From NCBI GenBank assembly GCA_015068085.1, contig SVLF01000007.1, positions 6,361 to 70,360 of the forward strand: a stretch of DNA of 64,000 bases, written 5' to 3'. Below are positions 21,181 through 30,182 of this stretch, piece by piece (within the stretch, counting starts at the first letter, position 1; each line of letters opens with the position of its first letter). This stretch comes from Oscillospiraceae bacterium. GTDB lineage: Bacteria > Bacillota > Clostridia > Oscillospirales > JAAYXM01. The notes under the pieces are model-generated. The model worked only from the letters and a program-made list of their open reading frames with translations. It had not been told where the DNA came from and ran no database searches. Position numbers and translations under genes: made by a program.

Positions 21181-23106
21181 CTAAAATCTCTCTTTGATTT
21201 TCTCTGTTAAATATTCAATAATCTTTCCATATAAAAATCCCGCAAGTCCTCCACAGAGAATAGTCAAAAGACCGATAGCTATTCCTTTCGCTGTAAATGT
21301 CATATAATTATTTTGCACAAAAATAATTACCAACAGAAGTGCCACATACGGAACACCAAAAACGAGACCCGCAAACACATTGGCAAGAGTTCTTGAAAAT
21401 GACTCTCTTTGAGATTCAACTTTTCTTTCCAGTGTTTGATTTTTCTCAGACACATCCATTTTATCTGTTATAGCTCGACTGAGCTTATCTTTAGTTTTTT
21501 GATGTTCTTCCTTTTCTGTTTCATATTTCTTGTCTCCTTCAAACTGCGCATCCGCCTTAATCTGAACATAAACCTCTCGCCATGTTTGATCAGTAAACTG
21601 AGAATAATCCCCCGACGTAGCATCAAGAAGTTTTGTTTCTACAATAGGATGTGACCTCAAAAACAAAAATTTCTCTTCCGTTAAGCCTTCCGCCTTTTTT
21701 TGATAAGCCTTATCCAAGGAAAGGTTAAAACTGGCAATCATTTGAGGCGTAGGACGCAACAAAGCTCTACAATCTGCTAACAACTTAAAACTACTATAGT
21801 CGTTATTTTCATCACCATAATCCATCCAAAGAAGAGTACCAAAAATATCAGCTGTGATACTTGTCGGTATTATACCCTTAGCTGGCTCTTCTTCGCACGC
21901 AATATCTTTGCTAACCTTCGCAATTACTCTATTTGTTGTTATAAATATAGCCTTTGCAGTTTTAATACTAGTTGATAGTGTTCCTCTTCTTTTTCTTTGA
22001 GTCATCACTATTGATCTGACATCCGTTCTAATACTATTGTCATAAAGTCCTTCAGTAGAATATTTACTATCTCTCTCACTATATTCGTTTTTTATTGCAT
22101 CGGATATCTTTTCTTCGTCGGCTTGGAATTGATTTTCCTCTACCAAGTAGCTGGCATCATATCGAGCGATCCCCATAAGGTTAAGCATACCCTCAACTTC
22201 ACCGATATATTCAACCATTTCCTCAGACGTTTTATCAGAATTACGGAAAAACTGTGCCACCTTATTAGCTTTTGCGGGGTCATAGTCATCACGTTGCGCC
22301 CATCTCGCCGCGCGCTCCATTATTCCTAACACTTCCTGTAAGTTATGGTCAAACACAAAGAGAGACATCCCCACTTTCTTCGCTTTTTCAACGATATATT
22401 GGTATGCATCTTTTCTTTCAAGCGTATCCATCCCCAAAAGCGCAAAAATCATAGGAGTGTCTAAGAATACTTGCAAATCAGATTGTTGTGCAGAATCTGT
22501 ATTTGAATAAAACAAAGTCGCCTTTGCAATATTTGCCATACACAAGCCTTCAACAAAAGCGTGTCGTTCAACATCGCGTTCTCTTAAATCCAGAATATAT
22601 TTACACCAATGATATACGAACTGACTATTTGTAGCGTCTATATCCCCAATATGATTAAAAATAACATGGTCATCATAATCATCTAAAAAGGCAGTGATGT
22701 TTTTTTCTATTTCTTTTTCATTCAAACTATAATTATGTTTTTTTGCATATTCGCCAAAATCTGCAATAAGCGTTTTCCACTTACTTAGAAAACCATCGTC
22801 TGAAAGACGCAGTTTCCTCATCTCTGAAATATCCGGAACATAGCTTCCTTTTACCCTTTTCACCATCTTCCTATCCATAGCTTCACCCAACACCTGTCGA
22901 ACAAAAGTAGGCTGGAACGTTGCGTTGTATTTTTCTTTCAACTTAGAACAAATGATACTTACATCAACAACTTCCATTCCCTCATCAACTATTATAGTTG
23001 CTATGAATGGTAAATATTTGTCGAGAATATTCGAAGAAACAAAATTACTTTTCATCATCGCATATGCCTTAACAAACTGATCTGTCATCATATGTACCTC
23101 CACCAT
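21181..23106 (-). CDS. Hypothetical protein: wHTH-like N-terminus, PIN-like core, coiled coil, two C-terminal TM helices
   Basis: QVFLDTPMIF, later D and FITTN motifs, charged helical stretch, two hydrophobic segments; domain calls made by eye. Confidence 0.65.
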   Translation of the reverse strand: MVEVHMMTDQFVKAYAMMKSNFVSSNILDKYLPFIATIIVDEGMEVVDVSIICSKLKEKYNATFQPTFVRQVLGEAMDRKMVKRVKGSYVPDISEMRKLRLSDDGFLSKWKTLIADFGEYAKKHNYSLNEKEIEKNITAFLDDYDDHVIFNHIGDIDATNSQFVYHWCKYILDLRERDVERHAFVEGLCMANIAKATLFYSNTDSAQQSDLQVFLDTPMIFALLGMDTLERKDAYQYIVEKAKKVGMSLFVFDHNLQEVLGIMERAARWAQRDDYDPAKANKVAQFFRNSDKTSEEMVEYIGEVEGMLNLMGIARYDASYLVEENQFQADEEKISDAIKNEYSERDSKYSTEGLYDNSIRTDVRSIVMTQRKRRGTLSTSIKTAKAIFITTNRVIAKVSKDIACEEEPAKGIIPTSITADIFGTLLWMDYGDENNDYSSFKLLADCRALLRPTPQMIASFNLSLDKAYQKKAEGLTEEKFLFLRSHPIVETKLLDATSGDYSQFTDQTWREVYVQIKADAQFEGDKKYETEKEEHQKTKDKLSRAITDKMDVSEKNQTLERKVESQRESFSRTLANVFAGLVFGVPYVALLLVIIFVQNNYMTFTAKGIAIGLLTILCGGLAGFLYGKIIEYLTEKIKERF

Positions 23107-23195
23107 TTTTTAAAACTCCGCCATACCAAGCAGCATCTTTTTCACAATAATATTTTACAGAACTTTTTACAAAAATGCAAATGGTTTTATCTCGC

Positions 23196-24362
23196 TCAAT
23201 ACATTTTTCTCACGTTTTCTACATAACTCTTGAACTTCTCCACAACATCATCCGGAGCAACTATTTTCACCTTTTTACCAAATCCCAAGAGCCAACCGAA
23301 GAACTGATTGCTGATTTCTACTTTTGCGGTAACTGTGAAATGGCTGTCATCGCATTTGGAATATTGAGCTTCCTTTGTACCGAAACGTTCAATGGCGGTA
23401 TCCAATAGAGGATTGATAAAACGCAAGGTAATTCGCTTTTCTTCACCGCTATACATATTGAAGGCTCTTCGAGTGTATGTTGTCAGGTCTATCTTCTTGA
23501 ACTCTGCTTCTCCGTCTCTTGGTTCTCCGGTATATCGGATGTCTTTCATTCTGTCAACGCGGTATGTCCATAACTTCTTCTTTTTATCATCAAATGCAAG
23601 CAAATAATAATTGCCGTCATTTATCAAAAGTTTGTATGGACTTACGATATATCTTTCGCCTTTTCTTCGGTCTATCTGTTGGTTTACATCGTCAATTGTA
23701 TGCTTCAAGTATTTAAAGCTGATCTTTTCCGGCTCGTGTGCATCATCTCCGTTTCGATAACTCATAGCATCATTGATTGTCATAACGTTTGTGAAAACAT
23801 TTTTGTTTGCGGTTCTCGCCCTATCGACCATAAATGCATCGTGCCTGAGATTTTCTGCCTGATGCTCGCTTACCAACCCACAAACCACATCAATCAATTG
23901 TCTCACTTTCGATTCCGAAACAAATTTTGCCGTATAAACACATTCAGCCAAAAGACGAATATCATTTAACTCAAATTTGCGTTGTTTTACATAAAAGCCT
24001 TTTGAATGTTTGTCATAAACAATTAATTTGAGTTCGTCAAACTCATCATCTGCAAGCATTTCTGCCGCTTCTGAAATCTCGCAATCTTCCTGAAATGCCA
24101 ATGCCACCTTGTTTATATCTTCAATATCGCGGTAAATTGACCTTCTTTCTGCATAAACACCGTAATCAGCGAGAAACCCTTCAATATCGTATGCAGATAC
24201 TGTGTGATTTTCATCTGTCGCAACCAACAGATATTGAAGAACAAGATACGGTTTAAGTTTTTGGTTTTCTCTCTTGCCATGGTGTGCTTCTACCTTACCG
24301 TTTAAATGCTTGTCTGCTTTGCGGTAAAACTTTTTATATTTAATTTCCTCCACGTACATCAC
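23196..24362 (-). CDS. WYL-domain transcriptional regulator
   Basis: N-terminal wHTH (ERRSIYRDI), VSPYKLLINDGNYYLLA, YRVDRM, WCX tail (FFGWLLGFGKKVKIVAP); true start may be GTG 24353. Confidence 0.92.
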   Translation of the reverse strand: MMYVEEIKYKKFYRKADKHLNGKVEAHHGKRENQKLKPYLVLQYLLVATDENHTVSAYDIEGFLADYGVYAERRSIYRDIEDINKVALAFQEDCEISEAAEMLADDEFDELKLIVYDKHSKGFYVKQRKFELNDIRLLAECVYTAKFVSESKVRQLIDVVCGLVSEHQAENLRHDAFMVDRARTANKNVFTNVMTINDAMSYRNGDDAHEPEKISFKYLKHTIDDVNQQIDRRKGERYIVSPYKLLINDGNYYLLAFDDKKKKLWTYRVDRMKDIRYTGEPRDGEAEFKKIDLTTYTRRAFNMYSGEEKRITLRFINPLLDTAIERFGTKEAQYSKCDDSHFTVTAKVEISNQFFGWLLGFGKKVKIVAPDDVVEKFKSYVENVRKMY

Positions 24363-24366
24363 TCCA

Positions 24367-24386
24367 ATTGAAAGTGCACTTTCAAT
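24367..24386. promoter_or_regulatory. 20-bp perfect palindrome over the +1 of the WYL promoter
   Basis: ATTGAAAGTGCACTTTCAAT, directly downstream of the minus-strand TGnTATAAT (24396-24388). Confidence 0.7.
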
Positions 24387-24466
24387 AATTATAACATATA
24401 AGCTTCAAAAATGGAATCTTATTCATTTTTATTGATTTATTTTCCTAAAAGTGATATAATACAATC

Positions 24467-24696
24467 ACCACATACAACAATTTAATATCAATGACAAGAT
24501 ATTTCTACAAATATCTCTATTTGTGTTACACATTTATATGATGTTACACGGCAATATTAAGTTTGTTAAAAACGCAGGCTGAAATATGTTTTGTCGTGTG
24601 ATATTCATATTAGATTGTTGTGTGTGGTAACCAGTAATCAAGCCGCGTTTTTGATGCGTGGTGCAGATTTCTGTTGCCACGCATTTTTTATTTGCG
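24467..24696 (+). ncRNA. Structured RNA / attenuator leader divergent from the WYL gene
   Basis: TTGATT-17-TATAAT with extended TG (24432-24460); 22-bp helix 24467-24488/24607-24628 with two G:U pairs; terminator 24654-24689. Confidence 0.7.
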
Positions 24697-24759
24697 TGAG
24701 ACTTTAGAAAGGAGTTCTTTATTCTTAATTTTAATAATCATATTGAAAGGTGGCTTGAC

Positions 24760-24906
24760 ATGAAAACAATTAAATTTAAAGAAAGCGATAAAGACTTGAT
24801 TCAAAGAATCAAAGAATATCAAAATGCACATGGCTTATCATCGTTTGTGGCAGCAGTTCGCAAACTATGTGCAGATGCCCTTGCAATAGAGAAAATAAGA
24901 CATTAA
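24760..24906 (+). CDS. 48-aa RHH-like small protein (absent from the ORF track)
   Basis: GAAAGGTGG SD; MKTIKFKESDKDLIQRIKEYQNAHGLSSFVAAVRKLCADALAIEKIRH. Confidence 0.65.
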   Translation: MKTIKFKESDKDLIQRIKEYQNAHGLSSFVAAVRKLCADALAIEKIRH

Positions 24907-24921
24907 AAGGAGAAATATCAA

Positions 24922-26280
24922 ATGAAAAAGAAAATTATATCACTTACCCTTAGTGTTGCTATGTTTTTGAGTGTGTTCCCAACAACATTTGCAACGGGAG
25001 GCAGTCTCACAAATTTCAAGAAGAAAAACACATATGTTCCAGGTCAGTTTTCTGACGTTGCTCCTGGTGCATGGTATGAAAATACAGTGGCTTCTGCTTA
25101 CGAAACCGGACTGATCAAGGGCTCATCCGAAACGAGCTTTAACCCAAATGGGAACATAACAATGGCAGAATCGCTCGCTTTGGCTTCCAGAATTCATAAT
25201 ATATATAACGGCGGAAGTGGTGAGTTTACCCAAGGATCACCATGGTATAAGGTTTACGTTGATTATGTAGTGAAAAACGATATATATGAATTGGCATCAC
25301 AGCATTCCCATTCACAGTTAAATGCAAATTGGTCGCGTGAAAATTTTATTAGATGTTTATCAAAAGCAATTCCTGAAGAAGAATTGAACGAAATTAACAG
25401 CATTCCGGATGGTTCTATTCCTGATGTTTTTTGGAAAAATGATGAAATTTATTCTCTTTATAGAGCAGGAATCATTACCGGTAATGATGAAAAAGGAACG
25501 TTCAATGCAAATTCCCCAATCAAGCGCTGTGAAGTAGCAACAATTGTTGCGCGGTTGATAGACAAATCGAAGAGAGTAAAGTTTTCCTTGTCCGGTGGTC
25601 TTGTGATGCCTGACTCTATCACAATAGAAGAACAAAAAGACGCCATTAACATAGGTAACAGAATATATTTGCATGCAACCGTATTACCGGACACTTTACG
25701 CACTAACAAGACTTTGGTATGGTCATCCGATAATCCAACGGTTGCCTCAGTAGATGACGATGGGGATGTAACAGGGTTGACACCTGGAGAAGCAAACATA
25801 ACCGCGACAACGGTAAACGGACTTTCTTATACAGTACGCGTTAAGGTAATGGATCTCCGTCCGAAATTTACATATGATTCAGTAAAAGAATTAGCCATAG
25901 CATGTTCCGAAGCAGGCGATGCTGGTATCCGAATGTCCAACTATCTCTCAGCAGCACTGGATGATCTGCTCGACAGAGAAAACATCTATTTGCGTTATTC
26001 TATGATAAAGAAAGAAGCGGAGAGTGTATCATGGGATTTGACAACAGCTATCAAAATACTCAAAAAACACGTCCCGGTAAAATTAACAGACGGTAGCACA
26101 TTGTTGGAGCTGGCTGAAAAGGCTCTTTCAGCCAATGAAAAAATAATAGCATTAGAAATGACTGAGGACACAGCTATTGAACGTTCTATAGAACTTTACG
26201 ATTTGGTTAGCGACTATCTTATCCATACTTCAGCTATCATAGGCATCGTCGCGGATATGTCAGCCAATGTTGTCAAATAG
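24922..26280 (+). CDS. SLH-domain surface protein with Big_2 Ig-like domain
   Basis: Signal peptide; FSDV...GLIKG...FNPNGNIT and GIITG...IKRCE SLH repeats; WSSDNPTVASVD. Confidence 0.88.
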   Translation: MKKKIISLTLSVAMFLSVFPTTFATGGSLTNFKKKNTYVPGQFSDVAPGAWYENTVASAYETGLIKGSSETSFNPNGNITMAESLALASRIHNIYNGGSGEFTQGSPWYKVYVDYVVKNDIYELASQHSHSQLNANWSRENFIRCLSKAIPEEELNEINSIPDGSIPDVFWKNDEIYSLYRAGIITGNDEKGTFNANSPIKRCEVATIVARLIDKSKRVKFSLSGGLVMPDSITIEEQKDAINIGNRIYLHATVLPDTLRTNKTLVWSSDNPTVASVDDDGDVTGLTPGEANITATTVNGLSYTVRVKVMDLRPKFTYDSVKELAIACSEAGDAGIRMSNYLSAALDDLLDRENIYLRYSMIKKEAESVSWDLTTAIKILKKHVPVKLTDGSTLLELAEKALSANEKIIALEMTEDTAIERSIELYDLVSDYLIHTSAIIGIVADMSANVVK

Positions 26281-26338
26281 TCATTTCAAACCAAAAAGCA
26301 ATCAAATCATATGGGTCAGACAAAATGTCTGACCTTTT

Positions 26339-26899
26339 TCATTTTCTCGCCCTGACCAACGTACTTTTACTGATGCCGGTCATTTCAGTTACTTGTTTGT
26401 ATGTCTTGCCTTGTTCCAATAGTGAAAGCGCAAGTTGCAGTTGTTGCGGTGTGTATTTCTTCGGTCTGCCTTCTCTGAAATTTGCATCTTGTCGTGCGAG
26501 CATCTTTCCGGTTTGCGTGCGCTCGACAATCATTCCTCTTTCATACTCAGCAAACGCGAGCATAACAGTCAGTATCAGATTTCCGGTGAGCGTATTTTCA
26601 ATCAGTCCCATATTCAGAATGTGAACTCTTATGTTCCGTTCAAACAGTTCGCGCACTGTCTGAACCCCTTCTATTGCGGTTCGCGCAAATCTGTCGAGCT
26701 TGCTGACAACCAATGTATCACCCTCTTGGAGTTGTTCCAACAGAGAAAGAAACGCAGGTCGTTCCATCGTCTTTCCGGTAAATGCTTCTTTGATTATCTT
26801 TTGACATCCGTATTTTTCAAGTGCGGCAACCTGCTCTTCAAGGCTGTTGCCGTCGCGCCCTTGTGCGGTTGTCGACACACGTGCATATCCGTAAATCAT
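26339..26899 (-). CDS. Serine recombinase (resolvase/invertase)
   Basis: [26 protein letters not shown]-terminal HTH. Confidence 0.95.
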   Translation of the reverse strand: MIYGYARVSTTAQGRDGNSLEEQVAALEKYGCQKIIKEAFTGKTMERPAFLSLLEQLQEGDTLVVSKLDRFARTAIEGVQTVRELFERNIRVHILNMGLIENTLTGNLILTVMLAFAEYERGMIVERTQTGKMLARQDANFREGRPKKYTPQQLQLALSLLEQGKTYKQVTEMTGISKSTLVRARK

Positions 26900-26927
26900 A
26901 TCAATTTTCTCCTTTACTTTTGGTTCT

Positions 26928-26987
26928 AAGTTATGACACCGCGCAAACCCGCATATTTTCAGCATTAGAAAAACGGTGTCATAACTT
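26928..26987. promoter_or_regulatory. Putative res site / resolvase binding inverted repeat
   Basis: AAGTTATGACACCG...CGGTGTCATAACTT, 14-bp IR upstream of the resolvase. Confidence 0.6.
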
Positions 26988-27038
26988 TTGAGTTTTGGAA
27001 CGCGACAGTTTTTTTCTGCCGCGCTCCTTTTCTATCAA

Positions 27039-27698
27039 CTAATCCAAATGAGCAAGAATTAGTTGTTCATCGCAATCCATACATTTGATTCTGACTTCCT
27101 TTGTCGCTCTGACACTCATTCCGCAACAAGGACAAACGTATTTTCTCGTGCTACTCTTCTTTCGTGGTGTTTGTCCGTTGTCTGAATTGCCGTTGTGCGT
27201 TCCGCTTCCACCAATCTGTGGTGCGTAAAAATCGTTTCGGCAAATTCTTATCTCAGGCAATTCTTTTTCCATACAGAACTCAAGCAACTCATCGCTCGGT
27301 GAAGTTCTCGACCATCCGTAGGTGTCGTGATGCGTGACCGCAAGACCGCACTCCTCAGCTTTTATTTTAAACTTTCGATTGTGGTATGTATTTCCTCTGC
27401 TACAATCTTTTATGTTGTTGATATCATTGTAGTAATGTATCATTTCGTGCAAGAGAGTTGCAACAATTTCTTCTATTGGTCTGGAAAGCGTTCCTGCACC
27501 GAGGTTAATTTCTCTGACACCCTTTTCGTTGTCCAAACTCCAAGCATCATAAAGTGTGTAATGTCCGTATGCTTTCGGAGTTGACTGAATTGTTATCACC
27601 GGTCTTGAAAGTGCACTTTCAAAATATCGCTCATTCAAAAGCTGAAATATTGAATTGAGGTATCCTGCTACGCGATTATAGGTTGTCATTTCTTTCAT
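27039..27698 (-). CDS. SprT-like zinc metalloprotease with C-terminal Zn ribbon
   Basis: LLHEMIH (HEXXH), YHNRKFK, CPCC...CMDC; GGGAGTG SD. Confidence 0.88.
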   Translation of the reverse strand: MKEMTTYNRVAGYLNSIFQLLNERYFESALSRPVITIQSTPKAYGHYTLYDAWSLDNEKGVREINLGAGTLSRPIEEIVATLLHEMIHYYNDINNIKDCSRGNTYHNRKFKIKAEECGLAVTHHDTYGWSRTSPSDELLEFCMEKELPEIRICRNDFYAPQIGGSGTHNGNSDNGQTPRKKSSTRKYVCPCCGMSVRATKEVRIKCMDCDEQLILAHLD

Positions 27699-27826
27699 AA
27701 TTTTCACTCCCTTTACTTGATTTTTAGGAGTGAACATTTTATAATTATTAATGTCCACTCCCTTTTCTCGGTTGTGGTCAACTCTTCGTCTGTGGCTTTG
27801 GTCGGCATTCAGATGAAGAGTTTTTC

Positions 27827-28102
27827 TTATGCGATGGAAAACCTGCGACTTGCGGATTGTTTGATGAAGTTCTTGTATACATCCGGCATCTCCTTTTTGA
27901 AAGCTGTCGTGTCGAACCTCTGTGTCAGAACACTTGTCCATCTTACGATGTAAGTTCCGACTTCAAGTTCTTCAACATCAAGGTCTGCCATCTCAGCCTT
28001 GATGCTGTCGCGAAGTGTATCAGCTTCTGCTTTTGCTTCTTCCATAAGTGCTTCCCACTCGTTAAGTGCCTCGATCTTTGCTACCAATTCGTTCTTGCTC
28101 AT
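27827..28102 (-). CDS. Small hypothetical coiled-coil/beta protein of mobile elements
   Basis: AAGGAG SD, consensus promoter upstream; RFDTTAFKK...SRRF tail. Confidence 0.75.
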   Translation of the reverse strand: MSKNELVAKIEALNEWEALMEEAKAEADTLRDSIKAEMADLDVEELEVGTYIVRWTSVLTQRFDTTAFKKEMPDVYKNFIKQSASRRFSIA

Positions 28103-28159
28103 TTTTCATTTCTCCTTTAAATTTTTTGAGATGTTGTGTTTCATCTCTTAACTGTATTT

Positions 28160-28271
28160 ATTATACTACGAAATTCGTAATTTGTCAATACGTTTTTCGT
28201 AATTTCTTTTACGAATTTCAAAATTATTTTTCGGATTGCGTATTGAAATACTACGAAATACGTGATATAAT
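28160..28271. promoter_or_regulatory. Divergent promoters with five TACG-N5-CGTA operators
   Basis: Minus strand TTGACA-17-TATAAT (28188-28160); plus strand TTGAAA-17-TATAAT (28243-28271); sites at 28167, 28189, 28210, 28230, 28252. Confidence 0.8.
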
Positions 28272-28295
28272 ACCAGTAGAAGGAGTTGATAAGCA

Positions 28296-28508
28296 ATGAT
28301 TAAATTTAAGGTGAAGGTTATGCTTGCAATGCGCAACATGACGCAAAAGGATCTTGCAGAAAAAACAGGTATCAGACCGCCAACAATTTCCGCAATCTGC
28401 ACCGGAGCAGTGAAGCATCTTCCAATAGACGTATTGGATAAAATTTGTGCGGTTCTTGAATGTCAACCCGCAGATTTGATGGAGTATAGGGAATCCGCAA
28501 ATGATTAA
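28296..28508 (+). CDS. Cro/CI-type XRE repressor
   Basis: MTQKDLAEKTGIRPPTISAI...LDKICAVLECQPADL; AAGGAG SD. Confidence 0.92.
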   Translation: MIKFKVKVMLAMRNMTQKDLAEKTGIRPPTISAICTGAVKHLPIDVLDKICAVLECQPADLMEYRESAND

Positions 28509-28725
28509 ATTTAAGACGTGGCGGGGGAGTATATTGCGGGAGAAAATTTTCTCACTTGCGAATTTTGTTTATACCACGCCTATCTCCTCACCAAATCGTA
28601 TTTAAATTTCAAAAAACGACCGTCAGCGAAAATAAAAAAATGCGGCAACAGCTTACGTTTTTATAAGCTATTGCCGCATTTCATATTTTGAGATTTTGCA
28701 ATATTTTATCAACTGCGTTTTGAAT

Positions 28726-29013
28726 CTACTTTTCCAGTTCTTGCTCTTGGTTCTTAGATAACACAACCTTTGCATCTTCATCTGAACCTTTCTTTAGCAT
28801 TGATTTTCTTTTTGATTGAAGTATTTCTTCGGGAGTGTAGCTGTCAAGATACATCGTTGGGTAGTAATCCGGAATTCTTTTATTTGACACCATTTTTCTT
28901 TTCTCCTTTTCTTCTGGATTATCGCTCGAATTGTGCTTTGCACAATTCCGAGCGGTTCGTTTCAGTTCAAATGTGCGCGAGCGCACTTTGAACGAACCGA
29001 ACTTTTCTTCCAT
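28726..29013 (-). CDS. Small hypothetical protein; real start probably near 28893
   Basis: AAGGAG precedes MVSNKRIPDYYPTMYLD; the upstream part of the ORF overlaps hairpins. Confidence 0.45.
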   Translation of the reverse strand: MEEKFGSFKVRSRTFELKRTARNCAKHNSSDNPEEKEKRKMVSNKRIPDYYPTMYLDSYTPEEILQSKRKSMLKKGSDEDAKVVLSKNQEQELEK

Positions 29014-29055
29014 TGATTATTGAAATTTCTTATAAGTGGATTAACTTAAATTGAA

Positions 29056-29118
29056 AAACAGTTAAATTTTGTCCTATATATAAAATATATATTTATTCTG
29101 GACAAAATTTAACTGTTT
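29056..29118. repeat. 19-bp perfect inverted repeat with AT-rich spacer (candidate origin)
   Basis: AAACAGTTAAATTTTGTCC-25 nt (24 A/T)-GGACAAAATTTAACTGTTT. Confidence 0.75.
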
Positions 29119-29701
29119 ACTTTTTTCCTTTATAATTCCACCAAGCATTTGGGGTTATGTAATGACCGATTGTTCTGATTTCGCCGTCCGCACGTCTTTT
29201 CCTTTCTATATTTCTATCGATCACTTCAAAATCTTCTATTAAAACTTTTTTAGCTCTTCCTATTACTTTTTCACTAATTCCGCCCAAATCTACTGATATC
29301 TGATAATTTGTGGTCAATTCATCCCAACGATGTTGAATTGACCACAAATAAACTTTCAAAACCACTTCCCAAGAAACATTAGCTGCTGAATATCTATGAT
29401 TTTTCAAATCATCTATTGCTCTTGGATCAATTCTGATTTCAGTCTCCTGTGGTATGATTTTTATGCAATATTTTTGCTCACTGTTTAAACATTCACAAAA
29501 GCCGTTCTTTGTTATCTCTTCAATTGCTTTCTTTAGTCTATGTCTCGTTTGAGTTTGTGGAGCAAGCGATAAACTTCGACATAAGTCGGTCAAATTGCCT
29601 TCAAAACCATTTTGTTCCGCAATTATCGCCAAAACTCCGAATTCACTTTTCTCGAGCGGGAGCCACTCTTTGTAACAGCTTACTTTTTCAACTTTCATCA
29701 C
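29117..29701 (-). CDS. Hypothetical protein with probable tandem wHTH domains (Rep-like?)
   Basis: AAGGAGAG SD; two helix-turn-helix-like segments; ends at the AT-rich IR. Confidence 0.55.
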   Translation of the reverse strand: MMKVEKVSCYKEWLPLEKSEFGVLAIIAEQNGFEGNLTDLCRSLSLAPQTQTRHRLKKAIEEITKNGFCECLNSEQKYCIKIIPQETEIRIDPRAIDDLKNHRYSAANVSWEVVLKVYLWSIQHRWDELTTNYQISVDLGGISEKVIGRAKKVLIEDFEVIDRNIERKRRADGEIRTIGHYITPNAWWNYKGKK

Positions 29702-29713
29702 AATGCTCTCCTT

Positions 29714-30169
29714 TTATGCTATTTTTACATCTTTAATCAGAGCGGGAGCAGAGTCAACATCTTTCTTTTCTTCCTCTTGGATTTTTACTCCGATTTCCGC
29801 AAACTTTTTGATTTCGGGAAACTTCTCAATAAACCACTTCTTGATTACCGGATATCTATACTGCAACGCCTGACATTTGGAAATTTGAATCATTCCAGAA
29901 AGTTCCTCTGCTATACTTTCTTTTTCTTTTGGAGATAAACTCTTGTTTGTTGAGATGTAATCATACATATACTCATACGTTAAGCCGCGATAGGTGTTCT
30001 TCTTATGATTCTTCTTTATTGTTCTAAGAACAACAGAATACTCCGGATAATCTTTTCGCACCTGCTGGAGATGCGCATATTCTGGACTCATCGTATTTTC
30101 TGCTCTCTTGGCAAAAGTTCTGTCCATTACAATCTTTCTTGCCGCATGGGAAATCTTTAAAGTATTCAT
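29714..30169 (-). CDS. Hypothetical basic protein, paralog of the 30183-30578 gene
   Basis: DYPEY, YRGLTYEYM, Y..IKKWF..KFPE; AAGGAGGT SD. Confidence 0.8.
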   Translation of the reverse strand: MNTLKISHAARKIVMDRTFAKRAENTMSPEYAHLQQVRKDYPEYSVVLRTIKKNHKKNTYRGLTYEYMYDYISTNKSLSPKEKESIAEELSGMIQISKCQALQYRYPVIKKWFIEKFPEIKKFAEIGVKIQEEEKKDVDSAPALIKDVKIA

Positions 30170-30182
30170 TTCAACTACCTCC

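Noticed and set aside
24467-24696. Retron msr-msd (long terminal inverted repeat)
   Set aside because: No reverse transcriptase anywhere in the window.
27699-27941. N-terminal extension of the SprT ORF
   Set aside because: Overlaps the 91-aa gene in another frame; a good SD supports the ATG at 27698.
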